From positions 1 to 33,229 of the forward strand of contig CANQMY010000001.1 of assembly GCA_947625075.1 (NCBI GenBank): 33,229 bases of DNA, written 5' to 3'. A program made the position numbers and the translations under genes. Below, piece after piece: positions 9,453-18,964 of this stretch (positions within the stretch are counted from its first letter, which is position 1; every line of letters begins with the position of its first letter). The notes below the pieces were generated by a model, which worked only from the letters and a program-made list of their open reading frames with translations, was not told the DNA's origin and did not search any database. The DNA comes from an uncultured Clostridia bacterium (lineage in GTDB: Bacteria; Bacillota; Clostridia; TANB77; CAG-508).

Positions 9453-10787
9453 ATGTCTAATGAAACAATAAATGACCTTTGGATTAGAGCAAAGGAGTTA
9501 TTAAAAGAAGAAACTACAGTAATTACATACGAAACATGGATTCAACCATTAGAATTAAAAAGTATCAATGACAATGTTATTGTTTTATTAGCATCAAATT
9601 CATTTCAAAGAGATACTATTGAATCAAGATACATAGATCTATTAACAAATACTTTTAATTTTATTACAAATAAAAAATGTAAAGTTTTTATAAAATTGAA
9701 CGATGAGGAAAATGATATTTTAACTAATATTCCTAATGTAGCAAATAATAAAGCTTTATTAAATTCCGGATTAAACCCAAAATATACTTTTAATACATTT
9801 GTTGTAGGAAGTAATAATAAATTTGCACAAGCTGCTGCTATGGGAGTTGCCGAAACTCCAGGTTCAAAATATAATCCATTTTTTATATATGGGGGAGTAG
9901 GACTTGGAAAAACACACCTTATGCATGCTATTGGTAATCAAATTTTAAGAAATAATCCTAATTCTAAAATATTATATGTAACATCTGAAAATTTTACTAA
10001 TCAATTAATAAATGCTTTAAAAGATCAAGCTACAGAAAAATTTAGAGAAAAGTATAGAAATATAGATGTTTTATTAATAGATGATATTCAATTTATTGCT
10101 AATAAAAAAAGTACACAAGAAGAATTTTTCCATACATTTAATACATTATATGAAGCAGGAAAACAAATTGTACTTTCAAGTGATAAACCACCAAAAGATA
10201 TAGAATTATTAGAAGATAGATTAAAATCTAGATTTGATTGGGGACTTATTGCCGATATATCTAGTCCTGATTTTGAAACAAGATTAGCAATATTAAGAAA
10301 GAAAACTCAAATTGATAATATTATAATCGATGATGATATTCTTTCATCAATAGCAACTAGGGTAGATACAAACATAAGAGAATTAGAAGGAACATTAAAT
10401 AAACTTATAGCAAAAGCATCTCTTACTAATAGTTCTATAACTATGGAAATGGCAGAAAGAGCAATAAATGATGTTGTATCAATCCAAGATAAAGTTATTT
10501 CATCAGAATATATACAAGATGTAGTAGGAAAATATTTTAATATATCTCCTCAAGATTTAAAAGGATCAAAAAGATCTAATGATGTAACTTTTCCTAGACA
10601 AATTGCAATGTATTTATGTAGAAATGTTGCTCAAATGTCTTTACCTCAAATAGGAAATGATTTTGGAAAAAGAGATCATACAACAGTAATGCATGCATGT
10701 AATAAAATTGAAAAAGAAATAGGATCTAATTCTAATACCAAATTAATTGTGGAAAGTGTGAAAAAAATACTTATTTCCTCAAATTAG
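9453..10787 (+). CDS. dnaA: Chromosomal replication initiator DnaA
   Basis: Walker A GGVGLGKTHL, Walker B LLIDDIQF, C-terminal KRDHTTVMHA DNA-binding signature. Confidence 0.97.
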   Translation: MSNETINDLWIRAKELLKEETTVITYETWIQPLELKSINDNVIVLLASNSFQRDTIESRYIDLLTNTFNFITNKKCKVFIKLNDEENDILTNIPNVANNKALLNSGLNPKYTFNTFVVGSNNKFAQAAAMGVAETPGSKYNPFFIYGGVGLGKTHLMHAIGNQILRNNPNSKILYVTSENFTNQLINALKDQATEKFREKYRNIDVLLIDDIQFIANKKSTQEEFFHTFNTLYEAGKQIVLSSDKPPKDIELLEDRLKSRFDWGLIADISSPDFETRLAILRKKTQIDNIIIDDDILSSIATRVDTNIRELEGTLNKLIAKASLTNSSITMEMAERAINDVVSIQDKVISSEYIQDVVGKYFNISPQDLKGSKRSNDVTFPRQIAMYLCRNVAQMSLPQIGNDFGKRDHTTVMHACNKIEKEIGSNSNTKLIVESVKKILISSN

Positions 10788-10888
10788 TATAAATTTAAAG
10801 TCAATTTAATCATTAATAAAATTTATGTTTGGAAAATCTTTGTTTGATAAAAAAAATGCAAATTATTACTACGGAATAGCTTGATTGG

Positions 10889-11100
10889 TTATCCACATAC
10901 TATATGTTGAAATCTTGTAGATAACCTGTGAATAATTATAAATGTGAATAATTAATTTAATTGTGTGGATAAAATTAAAAATTTTCCACAAACTTATCAA
11001 CATCTATTTCCGTAGGTATTTAAGTGTTTTAATAGGTTTTCCACAAAATCCACAGTACCTATTAATACTACTACTATATATATTTATATTATTATAATAA
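10889..11100. promoter_or_regulatory. oriC-type DnaA-box cluster with a DnaA-trio-like element and an AT-rich unwinding tract
   Basis: Perfect TTATCCACA at 10889-10897 and perfect TGTGGATAA at 10964-10972. One-mismatch boxes at 10916, 10927, 10943, 10982 and 11037. A two-mismatch box at 11046. CTACTACTA at 11068-11076 is followed by a mostly A/T stretch up to the dnaN RBS. Confidence 0.7.
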
Positions 11101-11115
11101 GAAAGGAAAAAAATT

Positions 11116-12237
11116 ATGAAATTTATTTGTGACAAAGAAAAATTGCTTAAAGCTATTAATTCCGTAACTAAAGCAGTTGCTGTTAGAACAACAATGCCAG
11201 TTTTAGAAGGAATACTTATTCAAACTAATGATAATGATATAAAATTTACTTGTTATGATCTAGAATTAGGAATAGAATACATTATTAAAGAATGTAATGT
11301 TGAAGAACAAGGTGCTACAGTAGTAAATGCAATAATGTTTAGTGAAATAATAAGAAGATTACCAGATACAGAAATAAAAATAGAAGTAAATGATAAAAAT
11401 TTATTAATAATTGAATGTGAAGGATCATTATATAAGTTAGCAACAATGAATCCAGAAGAATTCCCAGAACTTCCTGAAATTAATATAGAAAATTCTATTG
11501 AAATAGAACAAAATATATTAAAAGATATGATTAGAAAAACAATTTTTGCTATAAGTACAGAAGAAAATAGACCAATTTTTACAGGTTGTTTATTTGAAGT
11601 AAAAAATAATAAATTAAATGTAGTAGCAGTAGATGGATTTAGATTAGCTTGGAAGAATAAATTTTTACAAGCTAAAACAAATGATTTTACAGCTGTAATT
11701 CCTGGAAGAACATTAACTGAAATTAATAAAATACTATTAGATACTTTTGATGTTGTAAAAATAGGAATATCTAAAAATCAAGCATTATTTGAAATAGAAA
11801 ATTGTAAAATAGTAACTAGACTTTTAGATGGAGAATTTTTAAATTATTCAAGTGTAATTCCAGAAAAATGGGAAACAAGAATAAGAGTAAATAGAAGTGT
11901 ATTAGAAGATTGTTTTGAAAGAATTAGTTTAATTTCATCATCAAGTATAGAAAAAGAAAAAAAATATCCAGTAAAGGTATCAGTTGATGTTGGAAAAATC
12001 ACTATTTCTTGTACAAATCAAACAGGTGATGCAAAAGAAGAATTATTTATAAATACTGAAGGAAAGAATTTAGAAGCAGGATTTAATCCAAAATATTTCT
12101 TAGATGTATTTAGAAATATTGATGATGAAGAAGTTTATATTGAATTTGGATCAAGTATATCTCCATGTATAATAAGAAGTATTGAAGATGATGGAGATTA
12201 TAAATATATGATATTACCTATAAGATTAAAAAATTAA
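11116..12237 (+). CDS. dnaN: DNA polymerase III beta sliding clamp
   Basis: 373 aa, typical N-terminus MKFICDKEKLLKAI, synteny after dnaA. Confidence 0.95.
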   Translation: MKFICDKEKLLKAINSVTKAVAVRTTMPVLEGILIQTNDNDIKFTCYDLELGIEYIIKECNVEEQGATVVNAIMFSEIIRRLPDTEIKIEVNDKNLLIIECEGSLYKLATMNPEEFPELPEINIENSIEIEQNILKDMIRKTIFAISTEENRPIFTGCLFEVKNNKLNVVAVDGFRLAWKNKFLQAKTNDFTAVIPGRTLTEINKILLDTFDVVKIGISKNQALFEIENCKIVTRLLDGEFLNYSSVIPEKWETRIRVNRSVLEDCFERISLISSSSIEKEKKYPVKVSVDVGKITISCTNQTGDAKEELFINTEGKNLEAGFNPKYFLDVFRNIDDEEVYIEFGSSISPCIIRSIEDDGDYKYMILPIRLKN

Positions 12238-12245
12238 TTAAAAGA

Positions 12246-12277
12246 TTTTCCACAATTTATTAATAAATTGTGGATTA
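12246..12277. promoter_or_regulatory. Inverted pair of DnaA-box-like sites forming a 24-bp perfect palindrome
   Basis: TTTTCCACA (12246-12254) and TGTGGATTA (12269-12277). CCACAATTTATT/AATAAATTGTGG spans 12250-12273. Confidence 0.5.
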
Positions 12278-12288
12278 TTGGAGATAAA

Positions 12289-13344
12289 ATGTACTTAAAT
12301 AAGATAAAAATACAAAATTTTAGAAATTATGATGAACAAGAAATTAATTTAAATAAAAATATAAATGTTTTTTTCGGAGATAATGCTCAAGGAAAAACAA
12401 ATATTTTAGAGGCAGTATTTTTATGTGCATTTGGTAAGTCTTTTAGAACAAATAAAGACAGAGAAATGATAAAAAAAGAAAAATCATATTCTAATATAGA
12501 AATTAATTTTGTAAAAAAAGATAGAGAAGGAAATATAAAAATACAAATTAATGATAAAAAAAATATTTTTTTAAATGATATAAAATTAAAAAAATTAAGT
12601 GAATTATTAGGAAATATTAATATTGTAATATTTACACCAGATGATATAAATATTTTAAAAGAAGGTCCAGCTACTAGAAGAAAATTTTTAGATATGATGA
12701 TAGGACAGTTAAGACCTAAATATATACATATATTAAATATGTATTTAAATGTATTAGAACAAAGAAATAATTATTTAAAACAAAAAATAAATAATGATGA
12801 TATGCTAGAAATATGGAATACAAAATTAGCTGAATATGGAGAAATAATTTATAATTATAGAAATGAATATATTGAAAAAATAAAAAATAAAATAAAAAAT
12901 ATTCATTCTGAAATAACTAATGAAGAAATAAAAATAGAATATATTTCTGACTGTAAAAATAAAGAAGATTTTATAAAAAAATTAAATAAAAATAAAGAGA
13001 TAGATAAAATAAAAGGATATACGACAAGTGGTATTCATAGAGATGATTTTAAAATATATATTAACGATGAAGAAGTAAATATTTATGGTTCTCAAGGACA
13101 AAATAGAACAGCAATATTATCTTTAAAATTATCAGAATTGCAAGTAATATACGACGAAATAGGAGAGTATCCAATATTATTATTAGATGACTTTATGTCA
13201 GAATTAGATGAAAAAAGAATATCTAAGTTTTTATCGAATATAAAAAATATACAAGTATTGATAACTTGTACGAAAGAAATAGATATAAAAAATAGTATTT
13301 TATATAAAATAAATAGTGGCAAAGTAGAAAAAATAAATAAGTAA
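12289..13344 (+). CDS. recF: DNA replication/repair protein RecF
   Basis: The N-terminus is MYLNKIKIQNFRNY, starting at an ATG five nt after GGAG. Walker A GDNAQGKTNILEA. LLLDDFMSELD. Confidence 0.9.
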   Translation: MYLNKIKIQNFRNYDEQEINLNKNINVFFGDNAQGKTNILEAVFLCAFGKSFRTNKDREMIKKEKSYSNIEINFVKKDREGNIKIQINDKKNIFLNDIKLKKLSELLGNINIVIFTPDDINILKEGPATRRKFLDMMIGQLRPKYIHILNMYLNVLEQRNNYLKQKINNDDMLEIWNTKLAEYGEIIYNYRNEYIEKIKNKIKNIHSEITNEEIKIEYISDCKNKEDFIKKLNKNKEIDKIKGYTTSGIHRDDFKIYINDEEVNIYGSQGQNRTAILSLKLSELQVIYDEIGEYPILLLDDFMSELDEKRISKFLSNIKNIQVLITCTKEIDIKNSILYKINSGKVEKINK

Positions 13345-13347
13345 ATC

Positions 13348-13376
13348 TTGACAAAATTAAAAATAAACTATATTAA
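13348..13376 (+). promoter_or_regulatory. Putative gyrB promoter
   Basis: TTGACA (13348-13353), 17 nt spacer, TATTAA (13371-13376). Confidence 0.4.
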
Positions 13377-13415
13377 TATATAAGATAGTCTGACAAATAA
13401 ACATTGGAGGAAAGC

Positions 13416-15332
13416 ATGGAAAAATTTAATCATGAGTATGGTGCAAATCAAATACAAGTATTAGAAGGGTTAGAAGCAGTAAGAAAAAGACCTGGTATGT
13501 ATATTGGTAGTGTATCAATTAGAGGTCTTCATCATTTAGTATATGAAATAGTAGATAACTGTGTTGATGAAGCTTTAGCAGGATATTGTAATCATATACA
13601 AATAAAAATAGAACCAGGAAATATAATATCTGTTGAAGATAATGGAAGAGGTATCCCAATAGATATACATCCTAAAACACATATTTCTGCTGCTGAGACT
13701 GTATATACTGTACTTCATGCAGGTGGAAAATTTGGAGGAGATAGTGGATATAAAGTATCAGGAGGTCTTCATGGAGTTGGAGCATCTGTTGTTAATGCGC
13801 TTTCTGAATGGGTAGAAGTTACTATCCAAAGAGATGGTGGAATATATCAGATGAAATTTGAAAGAGGAAAAACAGTAGAAAAACTTACAAGAATTGGAGA
13901 TTCGGATAAAACTGGAACTAAAGTAAGATTTTTTGCTGATGGAACCATATTTGAAACATTAGAGTATGATTATGGAACATTAGAAGAAAGATTTAGAGAA
14001 ATTGCGTTTTTAACTAAAGGACTAAAAATTAGTATTGAAGATTTAAGAGAAGAAACTCCTCAAAAAGCAGAATTTTGTTTTGAAGGAGGTTTACGTTCTT
14101 TTGTTGAATTTTTAAATAAAAATAAAGAAAAAATAAATACAGATCCAATCTATATTGAAAAAAATAATGAAGAAGTACCAGTAGAGATTTCATTACAGTA
14201 TACTACTTCATATAATGAAAATATATATTCTTTTGTAAACAATATTAATACAATAGAAGGTGGAACTCATTTAGAAGGTTTTAAAAGAGCTCTAACAAAA
14301 GTATTTAATGATTATGCAAGATCTCATTCTATAATAAAAGAAAAAGATAGTAATTTACAAGGAGAAGATATTAGAGAAGGATTAACAGCGGTAGTTTCGG
14401 TAAAAGTTAAAGATCCACAATTTGAAGGACAAACGAAAACAAAATTAGGAAATAGTAATGTAGCAGGAATAGTTCAATCAATTGTAGTAGATGAATTATC
14501 TGCATATTTAGAAGAAAATCCAAATATGGCAAAAGCAATTTTGGAAAAATGTGTAAGTGCATCACGTGCAAGAGAAGCTGCAAGAAAAGCAAGAGAATTG
14601 GTAAGAAAGAAGAATTCTTTAGAAGTAACAACACTTCCAGGAAAATTAGCAGACTGTAGTAGTAAAAATGCAGATGAATGTGAAGTATATATAGTTGAGG
14701 GAGATTCAGCAGGTGGAAGTGCAAAACAGGGAAGAGATAGAAGAACTCAAGCAATACTTCCATTATGGGGAAAAATGCTAAATGTTGAAAAATCTAGAGC
14801 AGATAAAATTTATAATAATGATAAATTAAAACCAGTAATTCAAGCTTTAGGAGCTGGAATTGGAGCGGATTTTGATATAAATAAAATAAGATATGGTAAA
14901 GTTGTTATAATGGCAGATGCAGATGTTGATGGAGCACATATTAGAACATTATTATTAACATTTTTCTTTAGATACATGAGACCATTAATAGAGCAAGGAC
15001 ATGTATTTTTAGCACAACCACCATTATATAAATTATCTAAAAAAGGAATTAAAGATATATATTGTTATACAGATGAAGAACTAGATATTGAAATTGAAAA
15101 AATAGGAAGAGATAATGTATCAATACAAAGATATAAAGGTCTTGGTGAAATGAATCCAGAACAATTATGGGAAACAACTATGGATCCAGCAAATAGAATA
15201 TTTGTTAGAGTTACATTAGATGATGCTATGAAAGCTGATCAAATATTTAATATTCTTATGGGTGATGAAATAGAACCAAGAAGAGAATTTATTGAACAAA
15301 ATGCTAAATTTGTAAAAAATCTTGATTTATAA
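13416..15332 (+). CDS. gyrB: DNA gyrase subunit B
   Basis: [36 protein letters not shown] at 13416 lies five nt after GGAGG. Confidence 0.97.
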   Translation: MEKFNHEYGANQIQVLEGLEAVRKRPGMYIGSVSIRGLHHLVYEIVDNCVDEALAGYCNHIQIKIEPGNIISVEDNGRGIPIDIHPKTHISAAETVYTVLHAGGKFGGDSGYKVSGGLHGVGASVVNALSEWVEVTIQRDGGIYQMKFERGKTVEKLTRIGDSDKTGTKVRFFADGTIFETLEYDYGTLEERFREIAFLTKGLKISIEDLREETPQKAEFCFEGGLRSFVEFLNKNKEKINTDPIYIEKNNEEVPVEISLQYTTSYNENIYSFVNNINTIEGGTHLEGFKRALTKVFNDYARSHSIIKEKDSNLQGEDIREGLTAVVSVKVKDPQFEGQTKTKLGNSNVAGIVQSIVVDELSAYLEENPNMAKAILEKCVSASRAREAARKARELVRKKNSLEVTTLPGKLADCSSKNADECEVYIVEGDSAGGSAKQGRDRRTQAILPLWGKMLNVEKSRADKIYNNDKLKPVIQALGAGIGADFDINKIRYGKVVIMADADVDGAHIRTLLLTFFFRYMRPLIEQGHVFLAQPPLYKLSKKGIKDIYCYTDEELDIEIEKIGRDNVSIQRYKGLGEMNPEQLWETTMDPANRIFVRVTLDDAMKADQIFNILMGDEIEPRREFIEQNAKFVKNLDL

Positions 15333-15360
15333 AATAATAGAAAAAAATTTTAATTAATAA

Positions 15361-15399
15361 AAAAAATAGGTAAGGATTTCAAACTTACCTATTTTTTAT
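15361..15399. terminator. Strong hairpin terminator after gyrB
   Basis: 10-bp stem AATAGGTAAG/CTTACCTATT (15365-15393), flanked by an A-run and a T-run. Confidence 0.7.
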
Positions 15400-15471
15400 T
15401 ACATAGAGAGCATAATTTACAACATTTTCCAACTAAATTAAAAATAATTTAACAAAATTTTACAAAAACTA

Positions 15472-15500
15472 TTGACATACAATGGAAAATAATGTAAAAT
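15472..15500 (+). promoter_or_regulatory. Putative promoter of the accessory operon inserted between gyrB and gyrA
   Basis: TTGACA (15472-15477), 17 nt spacer, TAAAAT (15495-15500). AAAGGAG and the ATG at 15520 follow. Confidence 0.5.
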
Positions 15501-15519
15501 AGATCATGAAAGGAGAATA

Positions 15520-16056
15520 ATGAAAAAAATTGAACAAATCCAATCTGTTCAAAATTGGTTGCCTTTTGATAAGATTTTAGATAAAGGAATAATAAAAATG
15601 AAGGATTCCTCCTATATAAAAATACTTAATATAAGTCCAATAAATTATACTCTAAAATCTACATTAGAAAAAGAGGCAATTTTAAACTCTTATAGAAATA
15701 TATTCAAGAGTTGTAATTTTAATTTTCAGATTTTAATTCAAAGTAAAAAAGAAGATTTAAAAAATCATTTAAATAAATTAAAAGAAAACAATTTATATCC
15801 AGAAATAAAAGAAAAATATAAAAATTATATCAATTATTTTATTAATAATAAAAAATCTTCAAACAAAAAGTTTTATATCATAATAAAAAATTCCCCATCA
15901 GAAGAAAATGAAAATGTTATTATACAAAATTTAGAAAATAATTACCTAAAAATAAAAGATTTATTTGGAAGGTGTGGAAATTTTGTTTCTGAATTCACAG
16001 AAGAAAATCAAGTAATAGAGACTTTATTCTCATTTTTTAGTTCATATAAAATTTAA
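15520..16056 (+). CDS. VirB4-like conjugation ATPase, N-terminal fragment (split gene)
   Basis: SVQNWLPFDKILDKGIIKMKDSSYIKILNISPINYTLKS..EKEAIL...FQILIQS matches the N-terminal signature of Firmicutes VirB4/TrsE/Orf16-type proteins. The ORF ends 17 nt before the next ORF. Confidence 0.65.
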   Translation: MKKIEQIQSVQNWLPFDKILDKGIIKMKDSSYIKILNISPINYTLKSTLEKEAILNSYRNIFKSCNFNFQILIQSKKEDLKNHLNKLKENNLYPEIKEKYKNYINYFINNKKSSNKKFYIIIKNSPSEENENVIIQNLENNYLKIKDLFGRCGNFVSEFTEENQVIETLFSFFSSYKI

Positions 16057-16073
16057 AATAAAAAACAGAAGAG

Positions 16074-17831
16074 GTGGTACTTATAGATAATTATATAGGA
16101 GGAATATTTGAATGTAAGGATTATTTAAGCCCATCATATATAAGCTTAAATAATCCGAAATATATTGAAATAGATGGCATTTATTATTCAAGCTTACTTA
16201 TAGTAAATTATATAAGAGAGCAAAAAGATTTAATATTTCAAAATATTATAGATACAGATGAAAACATATATATTTCAATATATTATGAAAAACAAGATAC
16301 ATATAAAGTGATAAAGGATTTAACATATAATATAGGAAATGTTGGAGTAGATTTAGAAAAAATAGGAAAAGCAAGACAAGATTATGAAATAGCAGCATTT
16401 ACTTATAATGATGCAAAATATATAAGAAAAGAACTTCAAATAAATAATGAAGAAATGTTGTATATATATACATATATAACAACATTTTCAAAAGATAAGA
16501 AAGAATTAGATAATAAATTAAATAAAATTGAAGGAATGTTAAGAAGCAAAGGTATGCAGTCTAAAAGAGCATATTTTAGACAAGAACAAACATTTAAAGC
16601 AAATTTACCATTAATGTTAAATAATAAAGATATAAAAGAAGTTACAAAAAGAAACATTTTAACTAATTCTATTCAAGCAACATATCCATTTTTATCATCA
16701 TCAATATTTGATGAAAAAGGAATTTTTATTGGAACAAATATTTATAACAATTCATTAATTTTTATAGATAAATATGATAGAAGTAAATATAAAAATTCAA
16801 ATATGTGTATATTTGGTACTAGTGGGTCGGGAAAATCTTATTTTACAAAATTGATGATTTTAAGAAATAGTTTATTTGGATTAGAACAATATGTTATAGA
16901 TCCAGATAGAGAATATGATAATTTGGCAAAAAAATTAGATGGATCAATAATAAAAATTGGACCAAGCTCAGAATCATATGTAAATGTTTTTGATATTAGA
17001 GAGGAAAGTTTAGAAGATGATCAAAAAGGTTATTTATCAACAAAAATTAATAAAATATTAGGATTTTTTAATCTAATATTAGGAACAATAAATGAAGAAG
17101 AAAAAGCAATTTTAGAAGAAAAAATAATAAAAACATATAAAGATAAAGGAATAACATTTGAAGATAAATCTTTATATAAAAAAGGAAAATTTAAAACAGC
17201 AGATGATATGCCAATTTTATCAGATTTATATAATGAATTAGAAGGAAATATGAAGTTAAGATTGAAACCATTTGTAGAAGGTTCATTAAGTTATTTTAAC
17301 AAACATACAAATGTAAAATTAAATAATAAATTAATAATAGCAGATATTTATGAACTTGGTGAAGAAAATATAAAATTTGGATTATTTTTATTTACTGAAT
17401 TATTTTGGGATAGGATAAAAAAAGATAGAAATAAACAGAAAAGTATTTATTTAGACGAAATATGGCAACTTATAGGAGTTACATCTAATAAGGAAGTAGC
17501 AAGTTTTATATATAAAATATTTAAAACAATAAGAAAATATGGCGGAAGTGCTGTTGCAATAACTCAAGATGTATCAGATTTATTTAGTTTAGAAAATGGT
17601 ACTTATGGAAAAAGTATAATTAATAATTCAGAAATAAAGGCATTTTTTAATTTAGAAGAAGAAAATATAAGGATATTAGAAAAATATTTAAACATATCAG
17701 AAAAAGAAAAAATAGAAATTAATTCATTAAGAAGAGGAGAATGTGTAATTTTTGTTGGAAAAGACCATGTTTTAGCAAAAATAGAATCAGCAGAATACGA
17801 AAAAGAAATAATAGGAGGTGAAAAAAATTAA
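16074..17831 (+). CDS. VirB4-like conjugation ATPase, remainder including the P-loop domain (split gene)
   Basis: DYLSPSYISL...IEIDGIYY. Walker A FGTSGSGKSYF. VIDPDREY. Walker B YLDEIWQL. AITQD. The frame differs from the N-terminal fragment. Confidence 0.8.
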   Translation: MVLIDNYIGGIFECKDYLSPSYISLNNPKYIEIDGIYYSSLLIVNYIREQKDLIFQNIIDTDENIYISIYYEKQDTYKVIKDLTYNIGNVGVDLEKIGKARQDYEIAAFTYNDAKYIRKELQINNEEMLYIYTYITTFSKDKKELDNKLNKIEGMLRSKGMQSKRAYFRQEQTFKANLPLMLNNKDIKEVTKRNILTNSIQATYPFLSSSIFDEKGIFIGTNIYNNSLIFIDKYDRSKYKNSNMCIFGTSGSGKSYFTKLMILRNSLFGLEQYVIDPDREYDNLAKKLDGSIIKIGPSSESYVNVFDIREESLEDDQKGYLSTKINKILGFFNLILGTINEEEKAILEEKIIKTYKDKGITFEDKSLYKKGKFKTADDMPILSDLYNELEGNMKLRLKPFVEGSLSYFNKHTNVKLNNKLIIADIYELGEENIKFGLFLFTELFWDRIKKDRNKQKSIYLDEIWQLIGVTSNKEVASFIYKIFKTIRKYGGSAVAITQDVSDLFSLENGTYGKSIINNSEIKAFFNLEEENIRILEKYLNISEKEKIEINSLRRGECVIFVGKDHVLAKIESAEYEKEIIGGEKN

Positions 17832-18936
17832 TAGATTAATAACAGCGATAGGAATGCCAGAAATAAATTTAAGCTTGAAAGAAGAAAATATAAATGTTTT
17901 ATGTGGAGATATTTTATATAAAGAAGGAATATTAGAATATTTAGAAATAAATAAAAATATAGACTATATTATTATAAATGAAAATCTAGAAGGAAAAATA
18001 AAATTAGAAGATTTAATAGAAAAAATAAAAAAAATTAATTTTAAAATAAAAATAATATTAATTTCAAAAAATCAAAAAAATTATAAAAATATATATAAAA
18101 AAATAGAAAATATAAATATTAATGAAATAAAAAATATTATTTTTGATAAAAATAGAATATTTAATAAAAAAAATATACCAATTAATGATTTTTTTAATGA
18201 AGAAACAAAAGACGGAGAAATTATATCAATTGTAGGTCCTAATGGAATAGGAAAAAGTATTTTTTCAATTGCTTATTCAAATAATTTAGAAAATAAGGAA
18301 ATTTTAATTTTTAATCTTGATATTTTTAATAATTCTATTATAAATTTATTAGAAATTAATAAAAATAAAATAAATAATAATTATTTAAAAAATATGAATA
18401 AAAAAGAAGATAATTTAAATATCGAAGATTATATAATAAAAAGTAAATATAATTTAGATTTTATTTCAGGTGCAGAATTAATATTTAATTCAAAAATACC
18501 AATAAGTCCACAAAGAATAAGAAATATTATATATAAATTAAAAAATAAATATGATTTAATTTTAATAGATACATCATCAGAAAGTTTATTAGATTATAAT
18601 AAAGAAATTTTAAAAATATCAGATTATTTAATATTTATTTCAGGTGCAAATTTATTAGAAATAAAAAAATCACAAAAATTATTAGAAATTTATACAAAAG
18701 AATGGGATATATCAAATAAAAAAATAAAAATAATTATTAATAAATGGACAAAACAATCTATTGATGATGAAATATTAAAAGAAATATTTAAAAGTTATGA
18801 TATTTTAGGAAAAATAAAACTGAGTGACTACTATGATGTAGCAATAAATAAAAATAATTTAAAAAGAAGAGAAATACAAAATGATATGAAAAATATAAGA
18901 AGAAAAATTATAAAAAATAAAAGAATAAAAATATAA
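17818..18936 (+). CDS. ParA/MinD-superfamily (CpaE/TadZ-like) P-loop protein with an N-terminal receiver-like domain
   Basis: The N-terminal ~110 aa have a CheY-like alternating pattern. IVGPNGIGKS is a P-loop lacking the ParA signature lysine. DLILIDTSS. It overlaps the VirB4 stop. The true start is uncertain (see findings). Confidence 0.5.
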   Translation: MKKINRLITAIGMPEINLSLKEENINVLCGDILYKEGILEYLEINKNIDYIIINENLEGKIKLEDLIEKIKKINFKIKIILISKNQKNYKNIYKKIENININEIKNIIFDKNRIFNKKNIPINDFFNEETKDGEIISIVGPNGIGKSIFSIAYSNNLENKEILIFNLDIFNNSIINLLEINKNKINNNYLKNMNKKEDNLNIEDYIIKSKYNLDFISGAELIFNSKIPISPQRIRNIIYKLKNKYDLILIDTSSESLLDYNKEILKISDYLIFISGANLLEIKKSQKLLEIYTKEWDISNKKIKIIINKWTKQSIDDEILKEIFKSYDILGKIKLSDYYDVAINKNNLKRREIQNDMKNIRRKIIKNKRIKI

Positions 18937-18964
18937 TTAAAAATATTTTGGAAAGGATTTAGTA

